Of a DNA stretch of 64,000 bases, positions 48,419 through 57,193 are shown piece by piece. Each line of letters opens with the position of its first letter. The stretch's first letter is position 1. The notes beneath the pieces are model-generated. The model worked only from the letters and a program-made list of their open reading frames with translations. It was not told where the DNA came from and searched no databases. The stretch comes from a virus. The position numbers were made by a program, and so were the translations under genes. The stretch lies in the IMG/VR virus record IMGVR_UViG_3300020421_001669, positions 97,407 through 161,406 of that record; one strand, given 5' to 3'.

Positions 48419-48456
48419 GTTTTAACATTCGTTAGTTAATTATTCACAATGGAATA

Positions 48457-48484
48457 AAGGGCGTCTTAGGATGCCCTTTTTTTT
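48457..48484. terminator. Intrinsic terminator between convergent genes
   Basis: AAAGGGCGTC-ttag-GATGCCCTTT followed by a T run. Confidence 0.85.
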
Positions 48485-49883
48485 AGCTTATCTTTACAAA
48501 GAAAGAAGATTGGTCAACATCTGAACTTGCGTATCTAAACATCTTTGTTATAAGGTCGTGTTGTTTTGCCTTACTTGTGCCAGTTGATGCAAATGCTTCT
48601 AGGAACATTAGACAGATAGACTTAGACATTCTAAAGTTGTCACCTTGTTCGTGGTTTGCCCACTGTTGTAGAAAGACCTTTTCCGATACTAGGTCTATTG
48701 ATGGTTTACTTTTAGAATTATGTTTCTTATAAAGTTGATATGCCTGTGATGGCCATTTTTTATCAGCCTTAATTGACGCGAGAAATGCTTTCTCAGAACC
48801 CTTTCCATTGTAGATGTCATTATTGAATACTTGTTTACAATAGAAGTCTACATTACCCCCACCTATCTTACCACCAGCGGCTGCACCACCTTTAATCTCA
48901 CCCTGCCATGAAGTGTCACCACCGAATGTTCTGAATTGTATTTCACCACCACTAGTGTCTATGTAGATGTCTTGAGAACTAAAGAAGTCTCCAGTTTTAC
49001 CATATTTAAAACTGTTATATGTAAATGTATCTTTGTTCGCCATTTGTTTTGGTGTATTGAACTCTTTCGCGGTTGCTGGAGTACTCTTACCTATTTTCTT
49101 GAGTGATATACCAAGAAGTTTGCCCGCCTTTGCAAGTTTCATTACTTGGTTATTTAATTCACCCCAACTAGATGTGCTTTCTGATAATGGTTGTTCTAAA
49201 GCACCAAATGTAGTTGCCCATATATCGCCTGGATTCCATTTGTCATGAGAGAATGAACCTGGCGCCTGTGGGTCATCTGAATTTTTATCTATCTTATGGC
49301 ACTCTGCTTTGGCACTATACAAACTATTCATGAATGGTGACCCTCGATGAAAATGCACAGCACCATTCCTAGTCATTGTCCTGCCATATTTTTCCCACAG
49401 TTTATTTGCGGTCTTTATATAAACATCCGTTTCAATCCAATCAGCAGGCCCTTTATTTAAACAGTCTGCGAGTGATTTGTCAGTGTGGGCAAATTTAGAT
49501 GAGGATTTAAGTTGTGTTGGGGATACAGATGAACATGCACCCTTCTTTACATTGAATACATAAGCATTGTAGAAACATTGTAGACATTCTGTCAGTGCGG
49601 TATCAGCTGCACCCCCACCAGAACCACCACCGCCACCGAAATCTTTATCCTTGAATATCTGTGACCGTCTTGCTTCTTTGGTTTGTCTGTTAGATTCGTA
49701 GGTTAGTATTTCAGCTCTTCTATCATAAGATATACCGACTACTTTTGTACCAGACGCAGATGAACCTACAACAAAAGGTTTTCCGTCTTTTATTTTTAGG
49801 TCGAATATGTCTAACCGCGACTCACCAGCGTAATCGCCAGCGGAAGACTTCTTTCGCATATCATCTGCTGTCAGAGTGGGCAT
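48483..49883 (-). CDS. Putative PD-(D/E)XK-type endonuclease-like protein
   Basis: TALTECLQC helix; DKWNPGDIW; LLGISLKK pattern. Confidence 0.5.
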   Translation of the reverse strand: MPTLTADDMRKKSSAGDYAGESRLDIFDLKIKDGKPFVVGSSASGTKVVGISYDRRAEILTYESNRQTKEARRSQIFKDKDFGGGGGSGGGAADTALTECLQCFYNAYVFNVKKGACSSVSPTQLKSSSKFAHTDKSLADCLNKGPADWIETDVYIKTANKLWEKYGRTMTRNGAVHFHRGSPFMNSLYSAKAECHKIDKNSDDPQAPGSFSHDKWNPGDIWATTFGALEQPLSESTSSWGELNNQVMKLAKAGKLLGISLKKIGKSTPATAKEFNTPKQMANKDTFTYNSFKYGKTGDFFSSQDIYIDTSGGEIQFRTFGGDTSWQGEIKGGAAAGGKIGGGNVDFYCKQVFNNDIYNGKGSEKAFLASIKADKKWPSQAYQLYKKHNSKSKPSIDLVSEKVFLQQWANHEQGDNFRMSKSICLMFLEAFASTGTSKAKQHDLITKMFRYASSDVDQSSFFVKIS

Positions 49884-49884
49884 T

Positions 49885-50043
49885 TTATCTCCCCTGTCCC
49901 CTATATTTCTTATAAGATCTTTTCTTGTGCTTGTTCATCGTGGAAGTATTAATCTTCACACTGCGGCCTCGTCCACCGATACCTTGAGATGTTCCTTTTT
50001 TTGTCGGTTCATGTACTGCAACCGCGTTCCATTTTCTAGCCAT
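49885..50043 (-). CDS. Small basic protein ending KKYRGQGR (not in ORF track)
   Basis: 52 aa, GGAG SD, MARKW...MNKHKKRSYKKYRGQGR. Confidence 0.75.
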   Translation of the reverse strand: MARKWNAVAVHEPTKKGTSQGIGGRGRSVKINTSTMNKHKKRSYKKYRGQGR

Positions 50044-50057
50044 TCACTCCTCCATTA

Positions 50058-50477
50058 TTATTGTGTATTAGATAGTGGATTTTCAAGCGCTTCTTCAATC
50101 TGTGTTCGTATAGATTTTCTGATTTCGATAAGTTCCTTACTAGTATCTCTTTCAAGTTCATATAGTCTCTTATCAGACGCTCTTACATCCGAAAACAGAG
50201 ATTGCATATCTCCGTCTATCCTATTTATAGACTCTTTAGACATGTCTGTTACAAGGACTGTTGACCCCATTCTTTCCTCAAGAACTGATAATCTTTCTTC
50301 TATACCCGACAAATCTGGTGCCTCGTAGGTAGAAATTGCCTCTTGCATGTCTTGATATGTCTTGTATACCTCAAATGCACCATATAGCGCACCGATTAGT
50401 GTACCAAGAGCACCCAAGACCATGAAAAGTCTTCCACCTTTGATTTTTATTCCACCAACATCTATTTCTGTACTCAT
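50058..50477 (-). CDS. Membrane-anchored coiled-coil protein
   Basis: N-terminal TM, APDLSG, coiled coil, ALENPL end. Confidence 0.75.
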   Translation of the reverse strand: MSTEIDVGGIKIKGGRLFMVLGALGTLIGALYGAFEVYKTYQDMQEAISTYEAPDLSGIEERLSVLEERMGSTVLVTDMSKESINRIDGDMQSLFSDVRASDKRLYELERDTSKELIEIRKSIRTQIEEALENPLSNTQ

Positions 50478-52588
50478 TTGTATTGACTCCTAATCATTTT
50501 TCGGATAGTTCCGTGGTTACTTTTAGACAAATTGTATATTAATCTCGCGTTATCGTCAAGTTTATTTTCATAAACGATGTAATTGACATTGTAAAAGTCT
50601 CCATCTGCTAAATTTGAATCGTAATATGAACCCAAATCGATATTATTTTGGAGTGAAGCGATTGCTGCCGTTTGTCCAGAAGCAACTTTGTTGGAATTTT
50701 CCCTTTTTTGTTGTGCCACTTGTTCTGAAATAACCTCCGCAAGAGATTTTCGTGGCGCCTCTTGCTCTGGTTGTACCGTCACTACCTCTACAGGAATGAT
50801 TGTAACACCCACAACTGGGTTTCCTGTAGACATTAAATTATTTTCTATCTCCATTTGCATTTGTTCTGACTGTGTTTCTACTGACATATCATTTATTTCT
50901 GCATTTTGTTCTAGTGTTTCTACCGTGATTCCACTCATATCAGAGAAAAGTTGGGTGTCTGTACTAAAAAATTGTTGATTCATCATGCTTACATTGTTTT
51001 GTGATGATGAAGAAGCACTTTGTTGTTCAATTTGGGCAGTTTGGTTACTTTCTAAAATCTGGCCAGGGCCTGAATTTTGCCCGCCCGACTGATTTTCACC
51101 ACTTTGTGACTGTTGACCTTGGTCAGAACTACCTTTTGATGACTCTTGACTCATTGAAACCGCACTTTGACTAATTCTCAATGCATTTTTAGTCTGAGCC
51201 ATTGCTATTCGCGTTGCAATTGGTGAAGTTTTGGGTTCAGATGCAGTTTCAGTGGTTTCTTCCTCTAAAATGTCCTCTTCTAACAACAATTCATCGGTTT
51301 CTTCTATGATATTATCTTCTGCAATCTCTTCAAACAAGTCTTCTTCTAAAAGTTCATCGAATAACTCTTCTTCTTCAAACAGTTCTTCAAGGTATTCTTC
51401 AACCTCTTCTACATTTAATTCAATTTCTTCCACGATATCGGCTTGAAGGTCTTCAATGATTGAGACTTCTGGTGACTCAGCAGTGGGTGTGGAGAGAAAG
51501 TCCTCTTCGACAAGTAATAACTCAATATCGGGTGTGGCAAAAATGTCGAACCCTTCGTCCTCCATAAAGTATTCTTCTGGAAGTCCTGTGAAGAATTCGT
51601 CTTCTTCATCAATTCCTCCAAATTCTTCTTCGTCATCGACATATCCATACATTGCTTCTTCGTCTTCATCTGTCATCCACTCCTCTTCATCCATATTTTC
51701 TAGTTGTTCTTCTACAAATGCTTCATAGTAACCATCGCAACTATCACTATACAGTGGGTCTAAGTCACATTGTAAGTCATCAAAGGCATCTTGATATCCA
51801 TCACACTCAGTAGAGTAAAATGAATCATTATCACACTGTTGCGATAGAAAAGCCGCGTCATATCCATCACATTCTTGACTTGATAGTGGGTCATAAGCAC
51901 ATGCGAGTCCTTCACTTGCATATACTTTAGTACCAGCATTTCCTGCCGCTGTACCGTAGATGTAATTAGTTGTGTTTGACTTGGCATAGAATTCGTGTTG
52001 AGTAAATTCGTCTTGTGTTAGGTCACCCATTACACCTATGGTTATACTGTGATTGTCAACTTTTAAATCACCATACTCCATGGCGTAATCACCAGATGGA
52101 AAAATCTCTAAACTGATATTATTTTCATTATTATTTCTATACTCTTCAATTCTATGCCACCAATACTTTGTTGATGTAGAGCTTGTTTGTGAATAGAATC
52201 CACCATCCGAATCTTTTTGTATAAGGTCTGTCCAGAAAGGTGCTATTGAAAAACTAAATTTTTGTTCATTACTAGCAGCTATGTTTGCAATTTCCATTCC
52301 GTCACAACACCAACCCTTATTAGGCCAATTTTGTAAATTATATGTTGCTGGATTTCTAAACATGACAACACCGTTTGCCATCATGTAAGAAGTAGTAAAG
52401 GTCTCTCCATAGAAAGGAAAACTATGTCCTAGTGGTACAACCGCGTAACAGTCATCACATATACTATGAGATGTTGCACCTGTGCCAGGCGCTTGGTATT
52501 GTGCCTCAGCTGGCCCTGCTGCCATGAGAATGAAGTAAAATAAAATTACTCCAATACCCAGATGTCTCCCTTTCACTTTTGACCACAT
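50474..52588 (-). CDS. Exported protein with nidogen (NIDO)-like domain, Cys repeats and acidic low-complexity region
   Basis: Signal/TM; VPLGHSFPFYG...ANG...IAPFWTDL; CxxDPLxxxxCDGY-type unit x3; D/E-rich tract. Confidence 0.7.
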   Translation of the reverse strand: MWSKVKGRHLGIGVILFYFILMAAGPAEAQYQAPGTGATSHSICDDCYAVVPLGHSFPFYGETFTTSYMMANGVVMFRNPATYNLQNWPNKGWCCDGMEIANIAASNEQKFSFSIAPFWTDLIQKDSDGGFYSQTSSTSTKYWWHRIEEYRNNNENNISLEIFPSGDYAMEYGDLKVDNHSITIGVMGDLTQDEFTQHEFYAKSNTTNYIYGTAAGNAGTKVYASEGLACAYDPLSSQECDGYDAAFLSQQCDNDSFYSTECDGYQDAFDDLQCDLDPLYSDSCDGYYEAFVEEQLENMDEEEWMTDEDEEAMYGYVDDEEEFGGIDEEDEFFTGLPEEYFMEDEGFDIFATPDIELLLVEEDFLSTPTAESPEVSIIEDLQADIVEEIELNVEEVEEYLEELFEEEELFDELLEEDLFEEIAEDNIIEETDELLLEEDILEEETTETASEPKTSPIATRIAMAQTKNALRISQSAVSMSQESSKGSSDQGQQSQSGENQSGGQNSGPGQILESNQTAQIEQQSASSSSQNNVSMMNQQFFSTDTQLFSDMSGITVETLEQNAEINDMSVETQSEQMQMEIENNLMSTGNPVVGVTIIPVEVVTVQPEQEAPRKSLAEVISEQVAQQKRENSNKVASGQTAAIASLQNNIDLGSYYDSNLADGDFYNVNYIVYENKLDDNARLIYNLSKSNHGTIRKMIRSQYK

Positions 52589-53722
52589 TTATTTGTCCTT
52601 AAGCAAATCGATTGGTTCGTCACAAATTTCCTCATCTGGATTTACAGAACAGAAATCTTCTTTACGGTGTACTCTGTAATCAACCCATTCGCCTTGTTTG
52701 TTTTTGAAAGTTCCAGAAACACCATCCTGTGCAATGAGGGCTTCTTCTGGTGCCAAGTCTGGTTGTACTTGCCATGCAGTTAAAGCTTCGTCACCAATTT
52801 TACCTCTGAACGGGCAGGGCGTGCCGGCCATTAGCATCGCATTGAACACGCGAGCATCTTGGCACATTAAAGATACAGCAGCTACCTTCATTCCCATGTC
52901 ATATAAACCACGGCTTAATTTTATCCTTTCACAGTTTTCATCCCGAACTGTTTTACCAGCACTAATACCAAACACTTGGGTTTGTACCGCACCACCAACT
53001 CCAGTGGTACACAAATCCTGTGAGTAAGACCCACCTATTGCCGGCGCAATAGCGCTCGGAGGCGGAGACTTGATATCTTGTTCAATCTTTTGGACAGTTT
53101 CATTTCTGTTGATGTTCTCGTTTCTATTGTTTGATGTAACATTAGAATCACTGGTACTGTTAGATTGATTGATGTTAGTGTTTGTATTACTGTTGGTGTT
53201 ATTCGTAGTTGTGTTATTGGTAATGTTGCTGTTGTTATTACTTGTGCTGTTTGATGTCACATTACTAGTATTATTATTAGTATTTGTTTGGTTTACCGTC
53301 TGGTTAACAGTACTATTGTTATTGTTAGTATTGGTATTATTACTGGTGCTATTAATCGTATTATTATTAGTATTGTAATTGGTGTTAGTACTAGTACCAG
53401 TATAATTTGTGGTATTAGTATTGTTATTTGTGTTAGTACTAGTGCCAGTATAATTTGTGGTATTGTTATTATTATTGGTATTAGTATTTGTACCAGTATA
53501 ATTTGTAGTATTGGTATTATTATTGGTATTGGTGTTGGTATTAGTACCAGTATAATTGGTCGTATTGGTGTTAGTATTAGTGTTAGTATTGGTATTATTA
53601 GAGGTGCTGTCTACCGTACTGTCTGTTGTGGTGTTAACAGTACTAGTAGTATCGCTAGCAAAAACTTGGCCAGCTAACAACACTCCGCCGACTAACAAGC
53701 AGACCTGTTTCGTAAATTTCAT
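52589..53722 (-). CDS. Secreted Asn/Thr-repeat protein with Cys-rich C-terminal domain
   Basis: Signal peptide ending VFA; N/T repeats; PPPSAIAP...DLC...DENCERIKL...AGTPCP. Confidence 0.8.
   Translation of the reverse strand: MKFTKQVCLLVGGVLLAGQVFASDTTSTVNTTTDSTVDSTSNNTNTNTNTNTNTTNYTGTNTNTNTNNNTNTTNYTGTNTNTNNNNNTTNYTGTSTNTNNNTNTTNYTGTSTNTNYNTNNNTINSTSNNTNTNNNNSTVNQTVNQTNTNNNTSNVTSNSTSNNNSNITNNTTTNNTNSNTNTNINQSNSTSDSNVTSNNRNENINRNETVQKIEQDIKSPPPSAIAPAIGGSYSQDLCTTGVGGAVQTQVFGISAGKTVRDENCERIKLSRGLYDMGMKVAAVSLMCQDARVFNAMLMAGTPCPFRGKIGDEALTAWQVQPDLAPEEALIAQDGVSGTFKNKQGEWVDYRVHRKEDFCSVNPDEEICDEPIDLLKDK
53100..53655 (-). repeat. Asn/Thr low-complexity repeat (TTNYTGT units, ~48-nt period)
   Basis: GTACCAGTATAATT-like unit four times on the + strand (~53393, 53442, 53490, 53544). 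Confidence 0.9.
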
Positions 53723-53774
53723 TTCTCTCCTCGTTGGAATGTTAAACATCCATCCCGAAAAATAGGAAATCTGC

Positions 53775-53854
53775 TTGACTTCCTCTCTCACTTATGTTAT
53801 AGTATACACTATAACCACTATTTATAAAGAGGCGCTCTGTACAGCACATAAATA
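53775..53854. promoter_or_regulatory. Divergent control region
   Basis: + strand TTGACT-17-TATAGT (53775-53803); - strand TATAAATA (53819-53826); + strand CATAAATA (53847-53854). Confidence 0.65.
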
Positions 53855-53860
53855 GTTACT

Positions 53861-54589
53861 ATGAAAGGACTACAAAACTTATTAAGACCTACCCCTATCA
53901 GTCTACTGGTAGGGCAGACTATAGCCCAAATTTCAGTCATACCGATGTTCTTTATCGGTACACCTGTGACTTGGGCGATTTGTGCATTTATGTACTTTGG
54001 AATTATGACCTTTGGTATCACGATGGGATATCATAGATACTGGAGTCACTATAGTTTCAAGTGTTCTAAATGGTTAGAATATGTTATGATGTTTTTCGCC
54101 CACATTATGATGGTCGGCCCAGCACTAGCATGGGTTGCTCAACATAGGGAACATCATGTACACGCGGATACAGATAAAGACCCTCACTCTCCAGAGTATC
54201 AAGGATTAATTCGTTGTTACTACTCACAAGTGATGTCTTTACCTAAAATGCAATATGTAAAGAAAGATTTGATGAGGGATAAATTATGCAAGACACAACA
54301 TCGCTATTACTGGCATTTTATGCTACTATGGTTATTTGTTCTATTGTTATTTGGTGGCGCTGAAGCAGTCATATACGCATGGTTAGCTCCAGCAGGATTT
54401 GCAAAACTTATAGGTTCATTGGTATTCATACATTCACATCGAGGCGGAAAACCTAGAAGTGATTATTGGTTGGGTTTATTGACATTCGGTGAAGGGTTTC
54501 ACGCGAAACATCATGATGAACCTTGGAATTGGGATTTTCACTCTTGGGACATAGGTGGAAAAATTATTCGGTTATTAAAACATGCTTAA
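53861..54589 (+). CDS. Membrane fatty-acid desaturase (delta9-like)
   Basis: His boxes HRYWSH, HREHH and GEGFHAKHH; TM helices. Confidence 0.9.
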   Translation: MKGLQNLLRPTPISLLVGQTIAQISVIPMFFIGTPVTWAICAFMYFGIMTFGITMGYHRYWSHYSFKCSKWLEYVMMFFAHIMMVGPALAWVAQHREHHVHADTDKDPHSPEYQGLIRCYYSQVMSLPKMQYVKKDLMRDKLCKTQHRYYWHFMLLWLFVLLLFGGAEAVIYAWLAPAGFAKLIGSLVFIHSHRGGKPRSDYWLGLLTFGEGFHAKHHDEPWNWDFHSWDIGGKIIRLLKHA

Positions 54590-55280
54590 AAAAAGAAATT
54601 TACCAGCTTGCGCTCCTATACCAAATATAAAGTTTAGTATTGAACGCATGAAAGAAGAACTAGATATTATTGGAGACAAGTATCAAAACATTTATGAGGC
54701 AAACCCAGGCATAACAAAAATACATGACCAAGGGTTTCTTGCTCAAATTTACAGTACGCTCCATGAAATACCTTTGATGTCAATGTCACCAGAAAACATG
54801 AAGAAAGCAGAAGACTTTCAAATAGAAGACATTGGAAAAAGTAAAATAGAAAGGGTAAGAAATAAAACAAAGAAAGGTGATAACTTACCACCAACCGCAA
54901 ATGAAATGTTGTGGGATTATCCTTTACCAGAATATAAAGGAAGTTACTTTGAGGAAGCGATATCAAACAAATTTAAAGCAGAAGCTTGTCGTGCAAGAAT
55001 ACACTTGTTAGAGCCGGGCAAAGATATTTCTCCCCATATTGATTATGACCCTTCTTATGGAGTTCGTGTTATATGTCCTATATCTGGAACGGATGGTGTA
55101 ACAAATTATTTTTGGTATAACGGAGAAAAACAAGAATATAATTTACCAGCAGACGGTAGTGTATATTTTCTTAATACAGGATTCAAACACTCAGTTGAAC
55201 ATCGTGGAAATGAAAATAGAATTGCTTTAGTATTGACTTTGAAATCCCAAGAAGATATAGAATGCCTAGCTATGAAATAA
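54582..55280 (+). CDS. Aspartyl/asparaginyl beta-hydroxylase-family 2OG-Fe(II) oxygenase
   Basis: ISPHIDYD, NTGFKHSV, RIAL. Confidence 0.8.
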   Translation: MLKKRNLPACAPIPNIKFSIERMKEELDIIGDKYQNIYEANPGITKIHDQGFLAQIYSTLHEIPLMSMSPENMKKAEDFQIEDIGKSKIERVRNKTKKGDNLPPTANEMLWDYPLPEYKGSYFEEAISNKFKAEACRARIHLLEPGKDISPHIDYDPSYGVRVICPISGTDGVTNYFWYNGEKQEYNLPADGSVYFLNTGFKHSVEHRGNENRIALVLTLKSQEDIECLAMK

Positions 55281-55873
55281 AAACATATACGCCAGATAAA
55301 AGGGCAGAAATAGAATCATTTAGAGAGTTATCCTTTAGAGAGGGTAACGATAGTATTTCTCATGAAAAGTATGACCCAGATAACATTGATGGGGAAACTT
55401 GGATGTCATATGTTGATAATGAATTGGCATGTATCAGTGTTGCTGAGTCTAGTCACTATACAGGTGACCCAGATATATCTGCTAGAATCTGTAGACTTCA
55501 TATCGCAAAAAAATTTAGACCAGCGTGGTTGGGTATACCCATATTACCACTGCAAATTGATTGGGCAAAAGAAAGAGGATTTAAGATATTATACTTCACG
55601 CATGATGTGAATAATAGGGCGATAAATTTGATGTATCAACATAAAAGATTTGGTGCAGCTGTTACACCCCTACAAAAAGAAATAAAAGAAATGTGGCACA
55701 GTGATTGGTATAGGTCATTACAAACAGATGACAGGTATCTTTTTCAAGTTGATAAAAGGATAGAATTATTACAGTACATTTATTACTGGGTGTTAGAAGA
55801 TGGATATGTCTGGCATCCGAAAACAAATATTATGGAGATGGATGATGAAAATAGGTCAAGAATCAGTAGCTAG
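55262..55873 (+). CDS. GNAT-fold acyltransferase-like protein
   Basis: RLHIAKKFR...QIDWAKERGFKILYFT...N.RA. Confidence 0.55.
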   Translation: MPSYEIKTYTPDKRAEIESFRELSFREGNDSISHEKYDPDNIDGETWMSYVDNELACISVAESSHYTGDPDISARICRLHIAKKFRPAWLGIPILPLQIDWAKERGFKILYFTHDVNNRAINLMYQHKRFGAAVTPLQKEIKEMWHSDWYRSLQTDDRYLFQVDKRIELLQYIYYWVLEDGYVWHPKTNIMEMDDENRSRISS

Positions 55874-56435
55874 GTGGTTTAACTATGTTAGAGAAAAACA
55901 TGACCCTTGGTTTACTCAAAGCTTCTGGGATACCCAGTTAAAATCTAAAGAAGAAATCATAGACAACATTCCACAACACTTTCACGGAAAGTATTATGTT
56001 TGTGGTGGTTGGTTTGGTGTCTTAGCACATTTATTAAATGACAATGTTGTCGCGGATGAAATCCATACAATTGACATTGACCCCCAATGCAAAGAGGTTG
56101 GTGATAGATATTTCTGTATGGACAATTTAACTTATGTTACAGCAGATATGTGTAAGTGGGATTATTCAGATGCAGATGTTGTAATCAATACAAGTACAGA
56201 ACACTTACATCAATACGCATACGATGAGTGGTGGGATAAAATACCTTCTAATACTTTCTATGCGGTACAAGGAAATGACCTTGATATACCAGACCATGTT
56301 CGTAACTTCAAATCATTAGAATACTTCACGGAATGGAATAGATGTACAAACACTGTTTATGAATCGGGTATAGAACTACGCGGGCCAAACAACTCAACTT
56401 ATACAAGATACACTGTTATGGGATACAAAGAATGA
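55842..56435 (+). CDS. Class I SAM methyltransferase-like protein
   Basis: VCGGWFG, IDIDP, TADM, VINTSTEH. Confidence 0.7.
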   Translation: MMKIGQESVARWFNYVREKHDPWFTQSFWDTQLKSKEEIIDNIPQHFHGKYYVCGGWFGVLAHLLNDNVVADEIHTIDIDPQCKEVGDRYFCMDNLTYVTADMCKWDYSDADVVINTSTEHLHQYAYDEWWDKIPSNTFYAVQGNDLDIPDHVRNFKSLEYFTEWNRCTNTVYESGIELRGPNNSTYTRYTVMGYKE

Positions 56436-57193
56436 AGACACAGGTTGCAATCATTGGACACGGATTTGTCGGAAAAGCAACGGAGAGGTTATTAAAAACT
56501 TCTAAACATGTGGGAAGAATACACATACAAGATATAAAATATAAAAAAAGAATTAGTCCCGATGAGTGGGATTTTATTAGTTATGCTTTTATATGTGTCC
56601 CTACACCACTGGAACTTGATGTAAGAGTTTCGTCTTGGGAATATGAAAAGAATAGATTTGATATGTCTCATATTGAAAAGGCAATCAAAGATATACCAAA
56701 GAAAGTACAGATAGTTATTCGTAGTACTGTTGGGCCAGAAAACCTAGAACCAGAATGGATACACATGCCAGAATTTTTGCGTGAGAAACATTGGGAGAAA
56801 GATATAGATGATAAATCAATACCTATTATGATTGGTTGTCCTTATGATGAAGAACTGTTAGATTGGTTTCCAGAGAGAACAACTCTTTGTTTAGAACCAA
56901 AAGAAGCTGCCATGTATAAACTATCAAGAAATGCCATGTTAGCAGCTAAGGTTACATTAGTTAATTACTTGTACAAAGCTTGTAACGAACACAATGTAGA
57001 CTACGATAATGTTAAAGATATGTTACAACAATATGCAGACTTAGGTAATTCTCATTGGGATGTGCCGGGCCCAGATGGTGAATTTGGTTTTGGTGGAACT
57101 TGTTTTCCAAAAGACACTACTCATTTCGCGTCACTGACTAGGGGAAAAAATATATTTGAAAGTATTTTAAAGATAAATGAACGAACTCGCTAA
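56432..57193 (+). CDS. ugd: UDP-glucose/GDP-mannose dehydrogenase family (short form)
   Basis: IIGHGFVG, ICVPTP, IRSTV, PEFLRE, GFGGTCFPKD; C-terminal domain absent. Confidence 0.85.
   Translation: MKTQVAIIGHGFVGKATERLLKTSKHVGRIHIQDIKYKKRISPDEWDFISYAFICVPTPLELDVRVSSWEYEKNRFDMSHIEKAIKDIPKKVQIVIRSTVGPENLEPEWIHMPEFLREKHWEKDIDDKSIPIMIGCPYDEELLDWFPERTTLCLEPKEAAMYKLSRNAMLAAKVTLVNYLYKACNEHNVDYDNVKDMLQQYADLGNSHWDVPGPDGEFGFGGTCFPKDTTHFASLTRGKNIFESILKINERTR

Noticed and set aside
53100-53655. CRISPR-like array
   Set aside because: The repeats are in-frame codon repeats of an Asn/Thr protein with no unique spacers. No cas genes are present.
53861-54589. Desaturase as evidence of a cyanophage
   Set aside because: There are no psbA, hli or other cyanobacterial markers in the window. 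IHF sites and the TonB-dependent receptor fit a heterotrophic proteobacterial host better, though the host cannot be fixed from this window.
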